Of a stretch of 49,569 nucleotides of DNA, positions 47,448 through 49,569 are shown one piece after another (the first letter of the stretch is position 1; the number at the start of each line of letters is the position of its first letter). Source of the DNA: Candidatus Krumholzibacteriia bacterium (GTDB taxonomy: Bacteria > Krumholzibacteriota > Krumholzibacteriia > WVZY01); the NCBI GenBank assembly GCA_029863805.1, contig JAOTUR010000002.1:1-49569 (forward strand), given 5' to 3'. A program made the position numbers and the translations under genes. Under the pieces are notes generated by a model. That model did no database searches. It worked only from the letters and a program-made list of their open reading frames with translations, and was not told where the DNA came from.

Positions 47448-47957
47448 ATGATTATTCAGTGTGAAGGTTGCGCCGCTAAGTACTTCCTGCCGGAATCCAA
47501 GGTGCCTGCAAAGCCGGTCAAGGTGCGTTGCCCGCAGTGCAAGGCCGTTTTCACGCTGATTCCGCACAAGCAAAATGTGGTTGCCGGTGCGGACGAGTCC
47601 GTGCTAACGTCTGCCGCGAAATCGCCCGAGGCAGAGGTCAAAGCGCAAGAAACAGCGCAGAAGCCAGCGCCAGCCCCGAGCACGCCGGCGCCCAAGCCTA
47701 AGGCGGCGGATGGCGATGAGAATCACGCGAGAGCCAAACGGCTTGCCCGCGTGTTGGTGTCGGATATTCTCTGTTACAATCAGGAAAAGAGGGATCGAGC
47801 ACTGCTTGACGGCAGCCTCATGACGGTTCTTGGCGACGAGATCAAGAAGTCATGGGAGCTCTATAAGGACAAGGTCGGCCCCGAGGTCGCCAAGTCCACT
47901 GATTATTTCAAAGAGGCCCTAAACGAGATTTTAGCGGATGGGCAAAAAGTTTTCTGA
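47448..47957 (+). CDS. MJ0042-type zinc-ribbon protein with a low-complexity linker and a RomX-like C-terminal helical domain
   Basis: ATG 47448 after GAGGGG. CxxC...VRCxxC (MIIQCEGC..VRCPQC), an Ala/Pro/Lys linker, then AKRLARVLVSDILCYN...EIKKSWELYKDKV...DYFKEALNEIL. Confidence 0.75.
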   Translation: MIIQCEGCAAKYFLPESKVPAKPVKVRCPQCKAVFTLIPHKQNVVAGADESVLTSAAKSPEAEVKAQETAQKPAPAPSTPAPKPKAADGDENHARAKRLARVLVSDILCYNQEKRDRALLDGSLMTVLGDEIKKSWELYKDKVGPEVAKSTDYFKEALNEILADGQKVF

Positions 47958-48852
47958 ACAGGGCATTTCGAACCAAACCAACCACAGCACGCGCAGCGCG
48001 CGAGTCCCCCTCGTATTCATGGTATCCAGTGATTCTGCGCAAGTGGACGCGGTCCTGTCGCAGTGCTCCGATGTGCCCGAGAATTACACCGTCTACCCCA
48101 ACATTAGCGAGCTGATGTCAGCGCTTTCGCAGCTGACCAGGTTGCATTTGGCCTTCGCCGTCATCGTGGAGAAATCAGCCGACGCCGTAGACGCTCCTCT
48201 GCTTCGTAGCTGCAAGCTCGAGTACCCACAGCTCAACTACGTCCTTATGCTCGAGGACTGCACGCAGGCCCACTATCTGAGGTTTCAGTCGATTGGCATC
48301 CAGAACGTTATAATACCGCCCTTCGATGACGTGAGTCTCACAAGCGAAATTGCAACGGCTCTACCCAACATACCACAGTTCAAGAGACATCCCGAGCTCA
48401 CTAAGCGAGGCATGGTGCGATTTGATTTTCTGATTCCGAGCGACCTTGCATACGCGCTGGGTATCAATTATCTGATCTCGTTGTTGCTTAAGGAATTCTC
48501 GTATCCCCTTGCCGACTGCAGGATCAATATCCCGCTGGCATGTGACGAAGCCATTACGAACTCGATCCTGCACGGGAACCGCTCCGATCCCAAGAAGAAG
48601 GTGAGCATCCACATCTATATAAGCTCTTCGCGGTTCAAGATTAAGATAAAGGATCAAGGGGGCGGTTTCGACGTTGCAGACGTGGCGAATCCTACAAAAG
48701 GTCAGAATTTGATGCGTTCATCGGGGCGGGGTATCTACCTAATGCATTCTATCATGGACAAAGTCAAATACAGCGATGGCGGGCGAACTGTCGAACTGGA
48801 AAAGACGAACGCGAACACGAGCCCGGAAAACCACAGCGGCAAGAAATCCTAG
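47938..48852 (+). CDS. RsbW/SpoIIAB-like anti-sigma-factor kinase (HATPase_c_2) with an N-terminal degenerate receiver-like domain
   Basis: DEAITNSILHGN (N box), KDQGGGFD (G1) and SGRGIYLM..IMD (G2). The N-terminal ~130 aa is alpha/beta and ends in GIQNVIIPPF. Start codon uncertain. Confidence 0.8.
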   Translation: MGKKFSEQGISNQTNHSTRSARVPLVFMVSSDSAQVDAVLSQCSDVPENYTVYPNISELMSALSQLTRLHLAFAVIVEKSADAVDAPLLRSCKLEYPQLNYVLMLEDCTQAHYLRFQSIGIQNVIIPPFDDVSLTSEIATALPNIPQFKRHPELTKRGMVRFDFLIPSDLAYALGINYLISLLLKEFSYPLADCRINIPLACDEAITNSILHGNRSDPKKKVSIHIYISSSRFKIKIKDQGGGFDVADVANPTKGQNLMRSSGRGIYLMHSIMDKVKYSDGGRTVELEKTNANTSPENHSGKKS

Positions 48853-49289
48853 TCCTGCTGCCACTTCTCCTTGACTATCCTTGCCAACATATCGTCGATC
48901 TGATTCCAGATCCTGGCGTTTTGATCCGGTTCGAAAAGGGCTTTCTTGACTCTGCCGTATTCGTCTTTCTTGACGTAACGGATGGCCTTGAGGGTCTCCA
49001 TCGGCACCAGAATATCTTTGCAGACTTTTACTTCCAGGGCCTTACTGTCCAGATTTCTCTTGGGATTGTTATCCGGGTGCATACCAAGGCCCCAACCGTG
49101 CGCGATCATGCTGCAGATTAGCGCGCGAAACGTGTTTTGGCCTTGAACGGTGTCGAGATCGAGCGTTCCCTGGATCTTATCCGAGACGCCTTCGACGACA
49201 GGTACGAGTTTTTCCACAACGGTTGGGGAAATTTCAATATTTAGAAGCCGTGAAAACATTTCCGAAAGCATCTTTTCGATAATACGCAT
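48849..49289 (-). CDS. Hypothetical protein (~146 aa)
   Basis: Fills the gap downstream of the MFS gene. ATG 49289 is preceded by the SD-like GGGTGAT. Protein-like composition, no family recognised. Confidence 0.65.
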   Translation of the reverse strand: MRIIEKMLSEMFSRLLNIEISPTVVEKLVPVVEGVSDKIQGTLDLDTVQGQNTFRALICSMIAHGWGLGMHPDNNPKRNLDSKALEVKVCKDILVPMETLKAIRYVKKDEYGRVKKALFEPDQNARIWNQIDDMLARIVKEKWQQD

Positions 49290-49318
49290 GGCAGGATCAC
49301 CCATCTTGAGTAATGACT

Positions 49319-49569
49319 CTACGCCTTGAGGAACTTCTTCCTTAGGAGTAACACCCCCATTACAGCAAGAAATACGCCGACGGCCACCATGATCATGTCT
49401 TTGCCGACAAAAGCGTTCGCCAGGGTTGCCAAAAAAGAAGTGATGAGGAAAGCGGTCTTGGTAAGGATCTCTCGGGTTGAGAAGATTCTTCCTCTGAACG
49501 CTTCCGGAGTCTCGACTTGGAGCAGCGTCTCGGTAACAATGGCGACGGGTGAAACGCAAAGCCCCATCA
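49319..49569 (-). CDS. MFS transporter C-terminal fragment (runs off the window edge)
   Basis: TLLQVETPEAFRGRIFS (MFS loop before TM11) followed by two hydrophobic helices. Confidence 0.75.
   Translation of the reverse strand, partial: MGLCVSPVAIVTETLLQVETPEAFRGRIFSTREILTKTAFLITSFLATLANAFVGKDMIMVAVGVFLAVMGVLLLRKKFLKA

Noticed and set aside
49290-49559. N-terminal 90 codons of the 236-aa minus ORF
   Set aside because: Overlaps the MFS fragment in another frame. The start at 49289 has an SD-like site.

Overview
Bacterial chromosomal window, roughly mid-50s %GC by eye. From 1 to 44592 every supported gene is on the + strand, in three blocks. (1) A riboflavin operon (partial ribD, ribE, ribBA, ribH) plus nusB. 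(2) A ~23 kb cell-surface glycosylation island (about 4.1-27.1 kb). It has three predicted GT-C-fold membrane transferases (a DUF2723/TMEM260-like protein with TPRs, a YfhO-like protein and a DD-motif GT-C), two polyprenyl-phosphate sugar synthases, an LPG-synthase-TM/flippase, three GT4s, a GT2 fused to an apparently catalytically dead phosphoglycosyl transferase, and a PorZ-like beta-propeller with a T9SS-type C-terminal domain followed directly by a PglF-like dehydratase, a DegT aminotransferase and a Fem-type GNAT. (3) A dcw cluster from mraZ to ftsZ that lacks ddl. After ftsZ come a long predicted RNA hairpin, rpmB (-), recG, a two-gene signalling module behind a sigma54-like promoter (Zn-ribbon plus RomX-like domain; pseudo-receiver plus RsbW-type kinase), an orphan ORF (-) and a partial MFS transporter (-). 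The gene content suggests, by inference only, an FCB-superphylum diderm outside classical Bacteroidota. The best candidate for an undescribed system is the glycosylation island: possibly protein O-mannosylation plus a PorZ-linked aminoacyl-sugar anchoring pathway. No rRNA, tRNA, CRISPR array or mobile element was recognised. All family calls come from motif recognition by eye; no database search was run.
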